From: Candidatus Omnitrophota bacterium
GTDB lineage: Bacteria; Omnitrophota; Gorgyraeia; Gygaellales; JBFMHM01
Length of the DNA: 64,000 bases
NCBI GenBank assembly: GCA_040753015.1
Contig: JBFMHM010000003.1
Location: 218 to 64,217, forward strand
Direction: 5' to 3'
In this document: positions 50,817 to 64,000 of the stretch, one piece after another
How the letters are laid out: each line of letters starts with the position of its first letter
Position numbering within the stretch: the first letter of the stretch is position 1
Position numbers and translations under genes: made by a program
Notes under the pieces: generated by a model
Seen by the model: the letters and a program-made list of their open reading frames with translations, nothing else
Told to the model about the DNA's origin: nothing
The model's database searches: none

Positions 50817-51977
50817 TTAAATCCCATTTATCTGTTTAATAATTTTATCGGCTTTCTTCTCGCCGATACCTTTTATTTTTAATAAATCTTCTTTTTTAAT
50901 ATTTTTTAATGCTTCTGGGCTCGTAAAACCGGCCGCTCCTAAGGCCTCTAATATTTTTTTAGTTAAACCGGGTATATTAATTATTTTAGGCCTGGATTCT
51001 TTCGCTTGTTCCTTGGGTAGTTTTTGCTTGGCCTCTTCAAGTTGCCTAAGTGTTCTAATATCTAATTCCCATCCAACTAAAGAAGAAGCGAGCCGTACAT
51101 TTTGCCCATGTTTTCCGATTGCCAAAGATAATTGGTCTTCAGCGACAATCACAAGAGCAGATTTCTTCTCTTTATTAATACGTATCTCTAAAATCTTAGC
51201 TGGCTGCAAAGCACCAGATATATATTCATGGATGCTTTCTGAATATCTAACAATATCAATCTTTTCGCCCTGTAGCTCATTTACAATATTTTTAACGCGC
51301 GAACCTCTCATACCAACACAAGCGCCAACAGAATCAACTTTTGTATCCTTCGAGCAAACAGCTATTTTAGTACGCTCACCCGGATCACGGGCAATTGATT
51401 TTATCTCTACTATGCCTTCATATATCTCAGGCACTTCTAATTCAAAAAGTTTTTTAACAAAGTTGAGATTTATACGAGACAGTATAATTTGAGGGCCCTT
51501 AGATTCTTTTTTCACATCTAAAATATAGGCGCGTACTGTCTGGCCTTGCCTAAAATCCTCACGCGCTATTTGTTCCTTGCGAGGCAAAAGGCCTTCTGCT
51601 TTACCAAGTAAATCAATGATAATATCTCCATGGACAAAACGATACACATTACCACTGATAATTTGGCCTACCTTTGAAAAAAAATCATTATATACTACAT
51701 CTTTTTCTGCCTCTCGGATCTTTTGAATAATTACCTGCTTTGCAGTTTGCGCAGCAATCCTTCCAAAATCTCCTTGAAGCTTTTTGCCATTAACAATGAC
51801 ATCGATTTTGCCGCTTTCTGAATCAAGCGTAACTTTTATTTCCTCATCTTCCTTCACATCTATTACCTTTTTAACAGCACTTGTTAATGCTGATTCAACC
51901 GCCTGGATTAAAACTTCTTTTTTAATCCCTTTTTCCCGCTGCAGATATTCTAAAATCGATAATATTTCGCCGTTCAT
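50817..51977 (-). CDS. nusA: transcription termination/antitermination factor NusA
   Basis: S1 + KH1/KH2 architecture. N-terminus ILEYLQREKGIKKEVL. 386 aa. Lies between rimP and infB. Confidence 0.92.
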   Translation of the reverse strand: MNGEILSILEYLQREKGIKKEVLIQAVESALTSAVKKVIDVKEDEEIKVTLDSESGKIDVIVNGKKLQGDFGRIAAQTAKQVIIQKIREAEKDVVYNDFFSKVGQIISGNVYRFVHGDIIIDLLGKAEGLLPRKEQIAREDFRQGQTVRAYILDVKKESKGPQIILSRINLNFVKKLFELEVPEIYEGIVEIKSIARDPGERTKIAVCSKDTKVDSVGACVGMRGSRVKNIVNELQGEKIDIVRYSESIHEYISGALQPAKILEIRINKEKKSALVIVAEDQLSLAIGKHGQNVRLASSLVGWELDIRTLRQLEEAKQKLPKEQAKESRPKIINIPGLTKKILEALGAAGFTSPEALKNIKKEDLLKIKGIGEKKADKIIKQINGI

Positions 51978-51982
51978 TTAAT

Positions 51983-52453
51983 TCACCGCCCTATATTAAT
52001 TATTTGTTTTGCTTTAGCAATAGCTGTAAGCTTAATTTCATATTCTTTTGTATTCATAACTATAATAGAATCATCAGTAACGTTAATTAATTCACCCCTA
52101 ACTTCTGTTTTACCTTCAAGAGGTAATGATAAAAAACAAACTATATTTTTATTTATAACACGCAAGAAATCATCGTGCGTCTTCAAGGCGCGATCCAGCC
52201 CCGGAGAAGCTACCTCTAGAGTAAAACCATCCTCCAATATTTTTGACTCATCGATTAAGCGCACGAGCTGCTTATTTAAACTAGAACATTCATCTATCAA
52301 TATTCCGCCTTCAGGCTTATCCACTAAAAATCTTAAAACTAGATTATTTGCCTCTCTAAAAATTTTAAAATCAAAAATTTTTATATTATTCTGGCTGAAT
52401 AAATTTTGTGCAATATCTCTAATTTCACACTCTAGGTCTTTATCTAAATACAT
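51983..52453 (-). CDS. rimP: ribosome maturation factor RimP
   Basis: 156 aa. Conserved rimP-nusA-infB order. Confidence 0.88.
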   Translation of the reverse strand: MYLDKDLECEIRDIAQNLFSQNNIKIFDFKIFREANNLVLRFLVDKPEGGILIDECSSLNKQLVRLIDESKILEDGFTLEVASPGLDRALKTHDDFLRVINKNIVCFLSLPLEGKTEVRGELINVTDDSIIVMNTKEYEIKLTAIAKAKQIINIGR

Positions 52454-53634
52454 TTTAATTCTCTTAATTTATCGAGTAGGGAAGTGGTATTTTGTGCCCC
52501 TACATTAAAATCGAATTTTTTGCCGTTACTTCTTATCTTTATCTCTATAGTATTATTCTCTATTGTCTTCTTACCTATAACTATTATTATAGGTACGCCG
52601 ATTAATTCTGCATCATTAAATTTTACGCCCGCAGGCAAACTACGGTCATCAATTAAAACATTCATACCGGAATCTTTTAGTTGACTATATACCTTTTGGG
52701 AAATATTTCTAATTACATCATCCTGAAAATTAACAGCCGTAATTAATATATCATAAGGTGCAACCTCACGAGGCCAGATAATACCCTTATCGTCATAGTT
52801 TTGTTCAATAATAGCCGCGATTAAACGAGAAACACCAATCCCATAACAACCCATAATAATTGGATTCAGCTTGCCGTCTTTATCTAAGAAGTTTGCGCCG
52901 AGAGCTTGGCTATATTTTATGCCAAGCTGAAAAATATGGGCAATTTCAATCGCTGGTTTTCCCTCAACGGTATCTTCTCCGCTTTCTGCAGGAACTAAAA
53001 ATTCATGTGAAACACTACCACCCATTACACCCGGATCTGCCTGAATAATTTTCACATCTAGCCCACATCTTTTAAAAATATTTACATACGCTTCATACAT
53101 AAACTTATAATTTTTCTCAAGGCCAATTTTGTCTTTATCAAAACTATAAGCATCTTTCATAATAAACTCGCACGACCTTATTAGGCCAAAACGTGGCCTG
53201 GTCTCATCGCGAAATTTTGTTTGAATCTGATACAAAGTAATTGGTAATTGCTTATAAGAATTAACATAGCTTTTAACTAATTCTGTAATCACCTCTTCAT
53301 GTGTCGGCCCAAGACAAAGTTCTCTATTTTTTCTATCAGTAAATTTAATCATTACATCCTGCATTTGAGCATCTCTGCCCGACTTAAGCCAGATATCACG
53401 AGGCTGAAGACAACTTAAATAAACCTCATTAGCGCCTACTCTATCCATTTCATCGCGTATAATGTTTTCGATATTATTTAAAACTTTTAACCCGAGAGGA
53501 AGATAAAGATAAACTCCCGCAGTAAGCATTTTAACTAAACCAGCCCTTAACATTAGTTTATGGCTAATTGCCTCTGCATCTTTTGGCGTTTCTTTTAGTG
53601 TCGGTATAAATGCATTTGACCAATACATAATCAA
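52444..53634 (-). CDS. proS: proline--tRNA ligase (short bacterial-type, no INS editing domain)
   Basis: N-terminus FIPTLKETPKDAEAISHKLMLRAG (class II motif region). C-terminal anticodon-binding alpha/beta domain (VPIIIVIGKK). Only 396 aa. Confidence 0.85.
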   Translation of the reverse strand: MIMYWSNAFIPTLKETPKDAEAISHKLMLRAGLVKMLTAGVYLYLPLGLKVLNNIENIIRDEMDRVGANEVYLSCLQPRDIWLKSGRDAQMQDVMIKFTDRKNRELCLGPTHEEVITELVKSYVNSYKQLPITLYQIQTKFRDETRPRFGLIRSCEFIMKDAYSFDKDKIGLEKNYKFMYEAYVNIFKRCGLDVKIIQADPGVMGGSVSHEFLVPAESGEDTVEGKPAIEIAHIFQLGIKYSQALGANFLDKDGKLNPIIMGCYGIGVSRLIAAIIEQNYDDKGIIWPREVAPYDILITAVNFQDDVIRNISQKVYSQLKDSGMNVLIDDRSLPAGVKFNDAELIGVPIIIVIGKKTIENNTIEIKIRSNGKKFDFNVGAQNTTSLLDKLRELKCI

Positions 53635-54698
53635 ATTATCCTTTTAATTTCCTGAAATAAATTTTCTGCAGCAGTTATAGCATCAACTTTTTTAATAATT
53701 TTTCCCTTTTTAAAAAGTATAGCGCTTTTTCGCCCAAAGGCAAGGCCTAAATCTGCCTCTCTAGCCTCACCAGGCCCGTTAACGATACAACCCATTATAG
53801 CTACTTTTAATGGCATAGCTGATGGTTGATAATCAATGGCTAATAATTTTTGTTCTAGATCCCCAACAACCTTAGCTAAATCAACTTCACACCTGCCACA
53901 AGTAGGACAAGATATTACTTCTAGCCTGTCAAATCTTCTTAAATTAAGCGCATTTAGTATCTGCTTTGCAGTGATAACTTCATTTACAGATGGCCCTGTA
54001 AGAGAAACTCTAATTGTATCGCCTATCCCTTCACTTAAAAGCGCGCCTATGCCAATTGCTGATTTAATCTGCGCTTGGCCGCTTGCGCCTGCAGCAGTTA
54101 TTCCTAAATGCAAAGGATAATCACAGATTGAAGCAAATTTCCTATATGCAGCTATTGTTTGAATAACGTCCGAAGCTTTTAAAGAAACCACAATATCATA
54201 AAACCCCATTTTCTCAATCAATCTTAAATAATCTAAAGCACTTCTAACCATTTTAATAACCGGCGATTGTATATTCGAAACTTTTTTACTAATTGAACCG
54301 GAGTTAACACCTACTCTAATTGGAATATGAGCTTTTTTTGCTTCTAAAACAATCTGTTTAATCTCATCCTTCTTATAGATATTGCCCGGGTTAATGCGAA
54401 TTTTATCAACGCCATTATTAATCGCTGCTACGGCTAAACGCCAGTCAAAATGAATATCGGCAATTAAAGGCACCTTAACTAATTCTTTAATATGCTTGAG
54501 AGAATCAACATCTCTTTTATCTTTTACAGCTAACCTTATAGCCTCTGCCCCATTCTTTTCTAAATCATGCATCTCCCTAACTATTGATTTAATATCCTGG
54601 GTTTTTGCTTTTGCCATTGCTTGAATACTCACGGGAAATTTATAACCAATACCAATATTACCAATCCTTACCAATCTAGTTTTACGACGTTTAATCAT
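53631..54698 (-). CDS. ispG: 4-hydroxy-3-methylbut-2-enyl diphosphate synthase
   Basis: 355 aa. C-terminal CPTCGRC [4Fe-4S] motif. Confidence 0.9.
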   Translation of the reverse strand: MIKRRKTRLVRIGNIGIGYKFPVSIQAMAKAKTQDIKSIVREMHDLEKNGAEAIRLAVKDKRDVDSLKHIKELVKVPLIADIHFDWRLAVAAINNGVDKIRINPGNIYKKDEIKQIVLEAKKAHIPIRVGVNSGSISKKVSNIQSPVIKMVRSALDYLRLIEKMGFYDIVVSLKASDVIQTIAAYRKFASICDYPLHLGITAAGASGQAQIKSAIGIGALLSEGIGDTIRVSLTGPSVNEVITAKQILNALNLRRFDRLEVISCPTCGRCEVDLAKVVGDLEQKLLAIDYQPSAMPLKVAIMGCIVNGPGEAREADLGLAFGRKSAILFKKGKIIKKVDAITAAENLFQEIKRII

Positions 54699-55768
54699 TT
54701 GAACAATTTGATATTTTTAAAAACTCCGAATTTAGCTAAATCATTATAGAAAACAAACACAGCTAAAATAATTATCATGGCCAAACCAATATTATTAAGT
54801 ATATTTTCTGCTTTTTCTGAAAGAGGCCTTCTTCTAATTTTCTCTAAACCTAGTAAAACAATATGCCCTCCATCAAAAATTGGAAGCGGCAGGAGATTAA
54901 ATATAGCAAGGCTCAAATTTAATACAGCCATTAAATGTAAAAGTGCCGATATTCCAAAACTCGCAGCTTTTTTTGTAATATAAAATATGCCCAGCGGGCC
55001 GGTAACGCTTTCTTTAAAAGACAACCTGCCAATTACCATGCGCCAAATTGATTTATATGTAAGAACGGTAAAATCAATAAGTGTTGATCCTGCGACAAAA
55101 AATGATTTTACAGGATTATATTTTAAAATAATCCACTCATCTTCCGGCATAATTCCGATCATTGAAATATTCTTTTTTGATCCAAGCAAATCTTTTGTTT
55201 CCTTAATTTCAGGTGTAATCAAAAAATTAATTATTTTATCATTCCTCTTTACTTTTATATCTATTTCACCTGTTGACGGCTGAATAGCTTTTTGCATTTG
55301 TTCCCAATTTTCAACTTTTTTACTGCCTACTTCAATTATTTGATCACCCTTCTTAATACCAGCATTAGAAGCAGGATAATCTTTTATTACATCGCCTATC
55401 TTTGTAGTTAAACTAGGAAATCCAATCGTAAAAACAAGCCAAAAACAAAGAAAAGCTAAACAGTAATTCAAAAATGGCCCGGCAAAGATAATCTTTGCAC
55501 GGCTGCCGCATGATTTTGAAAAATATTCGAACGGCTCTCCTTTAATTTCAGAGCGGTTATCTCCAGCTAATTTAACATAACCGCCAAGAGGAAATAAAGA
55601 TATTAGATACTCAGTATCATTTTTTTTAATAGAGAATATTTTTGGGCCAAATCCTAAAGAAAATTTCTCTATCCTTACGCCCTGCTTCTTTGCAGCAGTA
55701 AAATGGCCTAACTCATGAATTAAAATAATAATACTTAAAACGATAATAAAAATTAAAAGTGAAAACAT
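54695..55768 (-). CDS. rseP: RIP zinc metalloprotease RseP (site-2 protease, M50)
   Basis: HELGH motif in the first TM. Central PDZ region. 357 aa. Confidence 0.88.
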   Translation of the reverse strand: MFSLLIFIIVLSIIILIHELGHFTAAKKQGVRIEKFSLGFGPKIFSIKKNDTEYLISLFPLGGYVKLAGDNRSEIKGEPFEYFSKSCGSRAKIIFAGPFLNYCLAFLCFWLVFTIGFPSLTTKIGDVIKDYPASNAGIKKGDQIIEVGSKKVENWEQMQKAIQPSTGEIDIKVKRNDKIINFLITPEIKETKDLLGSKKNISMIGIMPEDEWIILKYNPVKSFFVAGSTLIDFTVLTYKSIWRMVIGRLSFKESVTGPLGIFYITKKAASFGISALLHLMAVLNLSLAIFNLLPLPIFDGGHIVLLGLEKIRRRPLSEKAENILNNIGLAMIIILAVFVFYNDLAKFGVFKNIKLFK

Positions 55769-55807
55769 ATTTAACTCCTGCCCATAATGGCATACCCGCG
55801 CAATTGC

Positions 55808-56968
55808 TTATAAGCGCAGAGTATTTTGTTTATTAATATAACGCACTGCTTCATCTCTTGCCCAAGTATCCATACTTAAGATCTCTATAATATTGGGTTT
55901 AGTAATCTGCCTATGCCTAGATAAGACTTTTTCTAGAAGCTTTGGAATATCCATAAATTTTATTTTTCTGGCTAAAAATGCTTTTACCAACTCTTCATTA
56001 GCGGCATTCAAAACAGTGCAAACAGTACCCCTAGAAAAAGCAGCCTTATAAGCTAATTTTAAACATGGAAATTTATTAAAATCTGGTTTTAAAAAATTTA
56101 AATTTTTAATTTTTATAAAATCGACTTTTTTAAATCTGTTTTTTGTGCGACTAGGAAAATTTAAAGCATAAAAGATAGGAAATTTCATATGTGGCTGTGA
56201 TAATTGAGCCATAACTATCCCGTCAACAAATTCAACCATCGAGTGGATTATGACTTCAGGATGTATAAGAATATTGATATTTTTTGGATGCATCTTGAAT
56301 AAATACATCGCCTCAATTACTTCTAAGCCCTTATTCATCATCGTTGCAGAATCTATAGTTATTTTCTTACCCATATTCCAGCAAGGATGCCTTAAGGCTT
56401 GATCTGGCGTAATATTTTCTAATTTGTCCTTACTATAATTATAAAATGGGCCGCCGGATGCTGTTAAATAAATTTTATTCAAATCGTTATTATCTTCATT
56501 TCTAATACACTGAAATATTGCGCTCTGCTCGCTGTCAATTGGAATCAAATTAACGCCCGACTTAGTTAACTCGTCGTTAATTATATCCCCTGCCATAACT
56601 ATGGTTTCCTTATTTGCTAAAGCTATGTCTTTTTTTGACCTAATACTGGAGATCAAAGGAAAAAGAGTGTTAGCGCCAGAAGTTGCTATAACAACTAAAT
56701 CCGCATCTTGAGATTTCACTAATTCATTAATACCGGAGAGCCCTCTAAAAATACGTGTATGCGAAGGCGCACTAAATAATTTTTTTTCATCAAAAATAGC
56801 AACTGCCTTAGGCCTAAATTCTTCAATTTGGCGTTTCAATAATTCTGTATTTGACCCAGCAGTTAAACCGATAATACGAAAACGTTTGCGATCTTGCCTG
56901 ACCACATTTAAAGTAGTTTGGCCAATAGACCCAGTTGACCCTAAAATTATAATCTTTTTAGATTTCAT
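55808..56968 (-). CDS. dxr: 1-deoxy-D-xylulose 5-phosphate reductoisomerase
   Basis: ILGSTGSIGQ NADPH-binding motif. 386 aa. Confidence 0.92.
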   Translation of the reverse strand: MKSKKIIILGSTGSIGQTTLNVVRQDRKRFRIIGLTAGSNTELLKRQIEEFRPKAVAIFDEKKLFSAPSHTRIFRGLSGINELVKSQDADLVVIATSGANTLFPLISSIRSKKDIALANKETIVMAGDIINDELTKSGVNLIPIDSEQSAIFQCIRNEDNNDLNKIYLTASGGPFYNYSKDKLENITPDQALRHPCWNMGKKITIDSATMMNKGLEVIEAMYLFKMHPKNINILIHPEVIIHSMVEFVDGIVMAQLSQPHMKFPIFYALNFPSRTKNRFKKVDFIKIKNLNFLKPDFNKFPCLKLAYKAAFSRGTVCTVLNAANEELVKAFLARKIKFMDIPKLLEKVLSRHRQITKPNIIEILSMDTWARDEAVRYINKQNTLRL

Positions 56969-57771
56969 ATAATTGGGTTGTTATAAATAATTGAAATATA
57001 GAAATAATAAGCTGGAATTGTAAATAAAAGACTGTCTATGATATCTAAGATTCCCCCAAGCCCAGGAAAAATACTTCCGGAATCCTTCACATTACAATCA
57101 CGTTTAATCAAAGATTCAAATAAGTCTCCTAGTTGACCTAAAAGCCCTAAAAATAATCCTATAAATAATAGATGCAAAAAAGAGAATGGCAGGCTTAGCT
57201 TAAAAATAAGTGCGGCGATAACACTAAATAATAAACCACCCACCATACCCTCAACTGTTTTTTTAGGGCTTATTTTTGGAATCAAAGGTTTTTTTCCAAA
57301 TCGTGAACCAATTAAATATGCGCCAATATCGCTCGATTTTGTAATAAAGATTACAGCTAAAGCATGGAATGTACCAAATGGCAAAAATTTTATTTTAATA
57401 AAAAAGCTTAAAAACCAAGCAATATAAAAAATACCGAATATCGTCGAAGAAATACCAATTATTGCCTGATTATGATCTTCTCTTTTTAACTGCAAGATAA
57501 TTAAAGTAAGAATACTAATTCCAAAAAATAAAAGTTCCCAAGTTTTTGTAATCTCAAATCTAAAATATACAGATAGCGGAATCAAAGCGCCGATTGTAAT
57601 ACCTAGATATTTATAAATATAAACTCCCTTTCTTTCGATCATCGAAAAGAATTCATAGAGGCCGCGTATTACAATAATTGCAATAAATATTGCTGCAAAC
57701 CAATTAAAACAAATAGTAAAAAATACTAATATACCAAGAATAAACGAACTAATTAGTCTTTTATTCATCAT
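56965..57771 (-). CDS. cdsA: phosphatidate cytidylyltransferase
   Basis: Polytopic membrane protein, 268 aa. Located between uppS and dxr as in the conserved cluster. Confidence 0.85.
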   Translation of the reverse strand: MMNKRLISSFILGILVFFTICFNWFAAIFIAIIVIRGLYEFFSMIERKGVYIYKYLGITIGALIPLSVYFRFEITKTWELLFFGISILTLIILQLKREDHNQAIIGISSTIFGIFYIAWFLSFFIKIKFLPFGTFHALAVIFITKSSDIGAYLIGSRFGKKPLIPKISPKKTVEGMVGGLLFSVIAALIFKLSLPFSFLHLLFIGLFLGLLGQLGDLFESLIKRDCNVKDSGSIFPGLGGILDIIDSLLFTIPAYYFYISIIYNNPII

Positions 57772-58469
57772 ATCCTACCAAAACGCCTCTGCCTTTGGCT
57801 ATATTCTTCTATTGCTTTTTTAAGTTCTGTTTTTGAAAAATCCGGCCAAAATACCGGAGTAAAATATAATTCAGCATAAGATAACTGCCATAACAAAAAA
57901 TTGCTGATACGTATTTCTCCAGAAGTTCTAATTAAAAAATCGGGATCGGGTAAATTTTTTGTGTAAAGATACCTAGAAAATTTCATCTCATTAATATCTT
58001 CAATTTTTAATTTATCATTTTTAACATCTTGACAAATTTTTTTTACCGCTTCGATTATCTCATCCCTTGAGCCATAATTAAAAGCAAGGTTTAGAATTAT
58101 CCCTGAATTTTTTTCTGTCAACACCTCTGTTTTTCTTATTTTGTCTAATAATTTTTCAGGAACCGGGTAATCTTTTCCGGAAACCATAAAACGAATATTA
58201 TCTTTATTTAGATCGTCGACATGTTTATTTAAAAAATCATATAAGGAATTCATAAGCATATCAACTTCATCTTTAGGCCTTGACCAGTTCTCCGTTGAAA
58301 ACGCAAACAAAGTCAAAATTCCAATACCTAGGTCTTTTGCGGCCTTTATAATTTCTTTTATATTATCGATGCCCTGCTTATGCCCTGCAAAGCGGGGAAG
58401 ATTACGTTTTTTAGCCCAACGCCCATTGCCATCCATTATTATAGCTACATGTTTAGGTATACTATCCAT
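57768..58469 (-). CDS. uppS: isoprenyl transferase (undecaprenyl diphosphate synthase)
   Basis: HVAIIMDGNGRWA motif. 233 aa. Confidence 0.9.
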   Translation of the reverse strand: MDSIPKHVAIIMDGNGRWAKKRNLPRFAGHKQGIDNIKEIIKAAKDLGIGILTLFAFSTENWSRPKDEVDMLMNSLYDFLNKHVDDLNKDNIRFMVSGKDYPVPEKLLDKIRKTEVLTEKNSGIILNLAFNYGSRDEIIEAVKKICQDVKNDKLKIEDINEMKFSRYLYTKNLPDPDFLIRTSGEIRISNFLLWQLSYAELYFTPVFWPDFSKTELKKAIEEYSQRQRRFGRI

Positions 58470-58529
58470 CTCTTATAAATAAAAAAAGGGGTTAAATCTT
58501 ATCCCCTTTTAAAAGTAAATAAATTCTTG

Positions 58530-58883
58530 TTACCTTTTCTTTGAAACCTTGCCAGAATTTGTTAGATTATCTTCTAATGCCTCTTTTACATCTTTAGTTT
58601 TTTGCAGCTGCTCTTTCAAATTATCGTTTAATAATTGTTGATCGGCTAAAAGCTTTTTTGTTGCGTCAAAATCCTGATTAGTTTTATTCAATATTTCTTT
58701 TAATTTAGAAACCTCTACATCTAAACTCATTATCCTCTCTTCAAGATTCATACGTAGAGCTTGTTCTTGATCTAAATTCTTTGCTCTCGATTTTACAGCA
58801 TTACAAGAATTAATATTAAAAATTAATAATGTAACACTAAAAATTAGTAATATTAAAATAATCCTATTTTTTGTTGTTTCCAT
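58530..58883 (-). CDS. small exported coiled-coil protein of unknown function
   Basis: 117 aa. N-terminal hydrophobic segment ending in NSC (possible lipobox), then a heptad-rich region. Confidence 0.5.
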   Translation of the reverse strand: METTKNRIILILLIFSVTLLIFNINSCNAVKSRAKNLDQEQALRMNLEERIMSLDVEVSKLKEILNKTNQDFDATKKLLADQQLLNDNLKEQLQKTKDVKEALEDNLTNSGKVSKKR

Positions 58884-58888
58884 AATTC

Positions 58889-59539
58889 TTATTTTAGATG
58901 GGGATCTTGTTTAATTACATCTTCATCAGAAACTGTATCTTTCTCTTTGGTTATCTTGTTAATTCTTGGCAAAATAACTATTTCAACGCGCCTGTTTAAT
59001 TGCCGGCCTTCCTTGGTATCGTTCGAGGCAACAGGATGAAACTCGCCGTATCCAATAGCCCGAAGCCTATCAGGCCGTACGCCTTGTGCGTCGATTAAGT
59101 AATGCACTACACTTAAAGCACGTGCGCTAGATAATTCCCAATTCGACTTCCAACCAGAGTGGAGTATTGGCTGATTATCGGTATAACCTTCAACACCCAC
59201 ATTTAAATCCGGAACATTCTCTTTTAAAACTTGTGCTACCTTATTTAAAGCCTCATAGCTTTCCGGACGAAGTTTTGCCTTGCCAGAATCAAATAATACA
59301 TCAGAAACAAAAGTAACCACAAGCCCTTTTTCAGCCATTTCAAGACGCACTTCTTTATCAGCTATTTCTTTTTGTAGGCGTTCTTCTAAAATTATTTTGG
59401 CATTAGCTAGCTCGTCTACTTGCTTTGAAAGCGACTGAATTTTTTCTAAATCTGACGTCCTGCCTTTCTGAAAAACAACAGTACAACCAGAAACCATAAA
59501 AATTACCATTAAACAACTTAGAAACCTAATATTTTTCAT
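58889..59539 (-). CDS. OmpA/MotB-domain lipoprotein
   Basis: The ORF track starts at 59596, but the likelier start is the internal MKNIRFLSCLMVIFMVSGC (lipobox). Coiled-coil linker, then a C-terminal OmpA-like domain with NRRVEI. Confidence 0.7.
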   Translation of the reverse strand: MKNIRFLSCLMVIFMVSGCTVVFQKGRTSDLEKIQSLSKQVDELANAKIILEERLQKEIADKEVRLEMAEKGLVVTFVSDVLFDSGKAKLRPESYEALNKVAQVLKENVPDLNVGVEGYTDNQPILHSGWKSNWELSSARALSVVHYLIDAQGVRPDRLRAIGYGEFHPVASNDTKEGRQLNRRVEIVILPRINKITKEKDTVSDEDVIKQDPHLK

Positions 59540-59605
59540 AATATTTTTTGACAATAATGTTTGTTTTAGAATAACATAAATATTATAATCCGTCAAGCGT
59601 TAGAA

Positions 59606-63003
<3,398 letters not shown>

Positions 63004-63017
63004 TTACTTTTGCGCTT

Positions 63018-64000
63018 CTACGGTGTCATTGTAAAAATTTGCTTTGCAATTTTTGGGTATTTTGCAACAAATAAAAGCTCATCCTCTGTTAGAGGTTTTT
63101 GATTATGCACATTAGCATAACGTACAAGCTCTAAAACTTCTGTTGCTTCTTTTTCGTCTTTAAACTCAAGCTCTAATTTTTCAAAAACATTTCTAAAGCC
63201 TTTTATCCCAGAATATTCGCCAACAGTAATTTTTCTTCCTGTGTCCACTAGTTCTGGCTCGCCGCGTCCTAGTTCCTCATAATCATAAAGCTCATAATTA
63301 CGCCTGTCTTTTAATGCGCCGTCGGCATGAATACCCGACTCGTGAGCAAAGGCATTTGAACCAACACCCGGTTGATTTAAAGGTATTGGTATACCAAAGG
63401 CATAACTAGCATATTTACAAATTTTCCAAGCATGTTTTAAATCAATATTACTATCAAGCTCATACTTTTCTTCAAAATCTTGGGCATATTTTATCGCTAA
63501 TATGCAAGAAACTAAGTCGGCATTGCCTGCACGCTCGCCCATTCCATTAACACAAGTATTAATATAAGCATCACACCCTGCATCAATTGCTCCTTTTGCC
63601 CCCGCAATAGAGTTAGCCACAACTAAACCTAAATCATTGTGACAATGTACTTCAATAGGCAATTGAACCGTAGACGCTAGAGTTTTTATCCGTTCATAAA
63701 TACTAAATGGCGAATCTTTGCCTAATGTATCGCAATAACGAATCCTATCTACACCGGCTTCTTTTGCAGCAAGCGAAAATTCAATTAAATAATCCATATT
63801 CGTGCGTGAGGCATCTTCTGCATTTACACAAATACTCTTTGCACCAAACTCTCTTCCGCAACCCACAGCTTCAACCATCTCCTCAATAATCTTTTTATGA
63901 TCGAGTTTTCCCTGGAATTTATGCTTTATCATTTGATCTGATGTTGAAATGGAAAGATTAATAAATTTTAGTTTCGGCACTAATTTATAAGAGAGTTTTA
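63018..64000 (-). CDS. 2-isopropylmalate synthase / homocitrate synthase family protein (N-terminus beyond window end)
   Basis: HMGL-like TIM-barrel motifs (..LSISTSDQMIKHKF.., HCHNDLGLVVANS, AGNADL). The frame stays open upstream of the listed GTG at 63980 to the window edge. No long LeuA-type regulatory tail. Confidence 0.7.
   Translation of the reverse strand, partial: KLSYKLVPKLKFINLSISTSDQMIKHKFQGKLDHKKIIEEMVEAVGCGREFGAKSICVNAEDASRTNMDYLIEFSLAAKEAGVDRIRYCDTLGKDSPFSIYERIKTLASTVQLPIEVHCHNDLGLVVANSIAGAKGAIDAGCDAYINTCVNGMGERAGNADLVSCILAIKYAQDFEEKYELDSNIDLKHAWKICKYASYAFGIPIPLNQPGVGSNAFAHESGIHADGALKDRRNYELYDYEELGRGEPELVDTGRKITVGEYSGIKGFRNVFEKLELEFKDEKEATEVLELVRYANVHNQKPLTEDELLFVAKYPKIAKQIFTMTP

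Overview
This is a low-GC (~33%) chromosomal window from a diderm bacterium, inferred from LptF/LptG, OmpA-like and RseP genes. Almost every gene is on the minus strand and the window is densely packed with housekeeping genes. Recognisable blocks are described below.

Glycine cleavage and C1 metabolism:
- SDR epimerase-gcvT-gcvH-gcvPA-gcvPB-lipM/lplA-lipA, running straight into four uncharacterised genes at 1..2147.
- A formate/THF C1 cluster: fhs-fchA-folD-metF plus a coupled flavoprotein.

Translation, transcription and tRNA modification:
- tRNA-Leu(CAG) with a consensus promoter, plus M48 peptidase, maf, pyrE.
- alr, tsaB-tsaE-thiL-mtnA-tatD-metG-murA-prmC-prfA-rpmE-rho-coaE-glgA-polA.
- rnhB-rplS-trmD, tgt-queA-queH, ruvB-scpA-trpS-infB-nusA-rimP-proS.

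Envelope and other:
- ispG-rseP-dxr-cdsA-uppS, an OmpA-like lipoprotein, hppA, purA and a partial LeuA/homocitrate-synthase-family gene.
- lptF-lptG.

Non-housekeeping content worth attention:
1. At the left edge, a DUF5678-like small protein overlaps (TAATG) a retropepsin-like DTGA aspartic protease, and the pair has its own sigma70-like promoter. It sits downstream of a secreted 371-aa protein and a Cys-rich ~106-aa protein.
2. Two divergent paralogs of AAA+/DUF4143 ATPases. One is divergently arranged with a Ski2-like DEIH helicase whose gene overlaps a ComFC-like phosphoribosyltransferase, and the helicase mRNA is probably leaderless.
3. A formate-to-glycine gene set (Fhs/FchA/FolD/MetF + GCS + lipoylation) within 40 kb.

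No CRISPR arrays, rRNA, IS elements, prophage or riboswitches were seen. All calls rest on reading the translated ORFs and the sequence by eye; no database search was possible.
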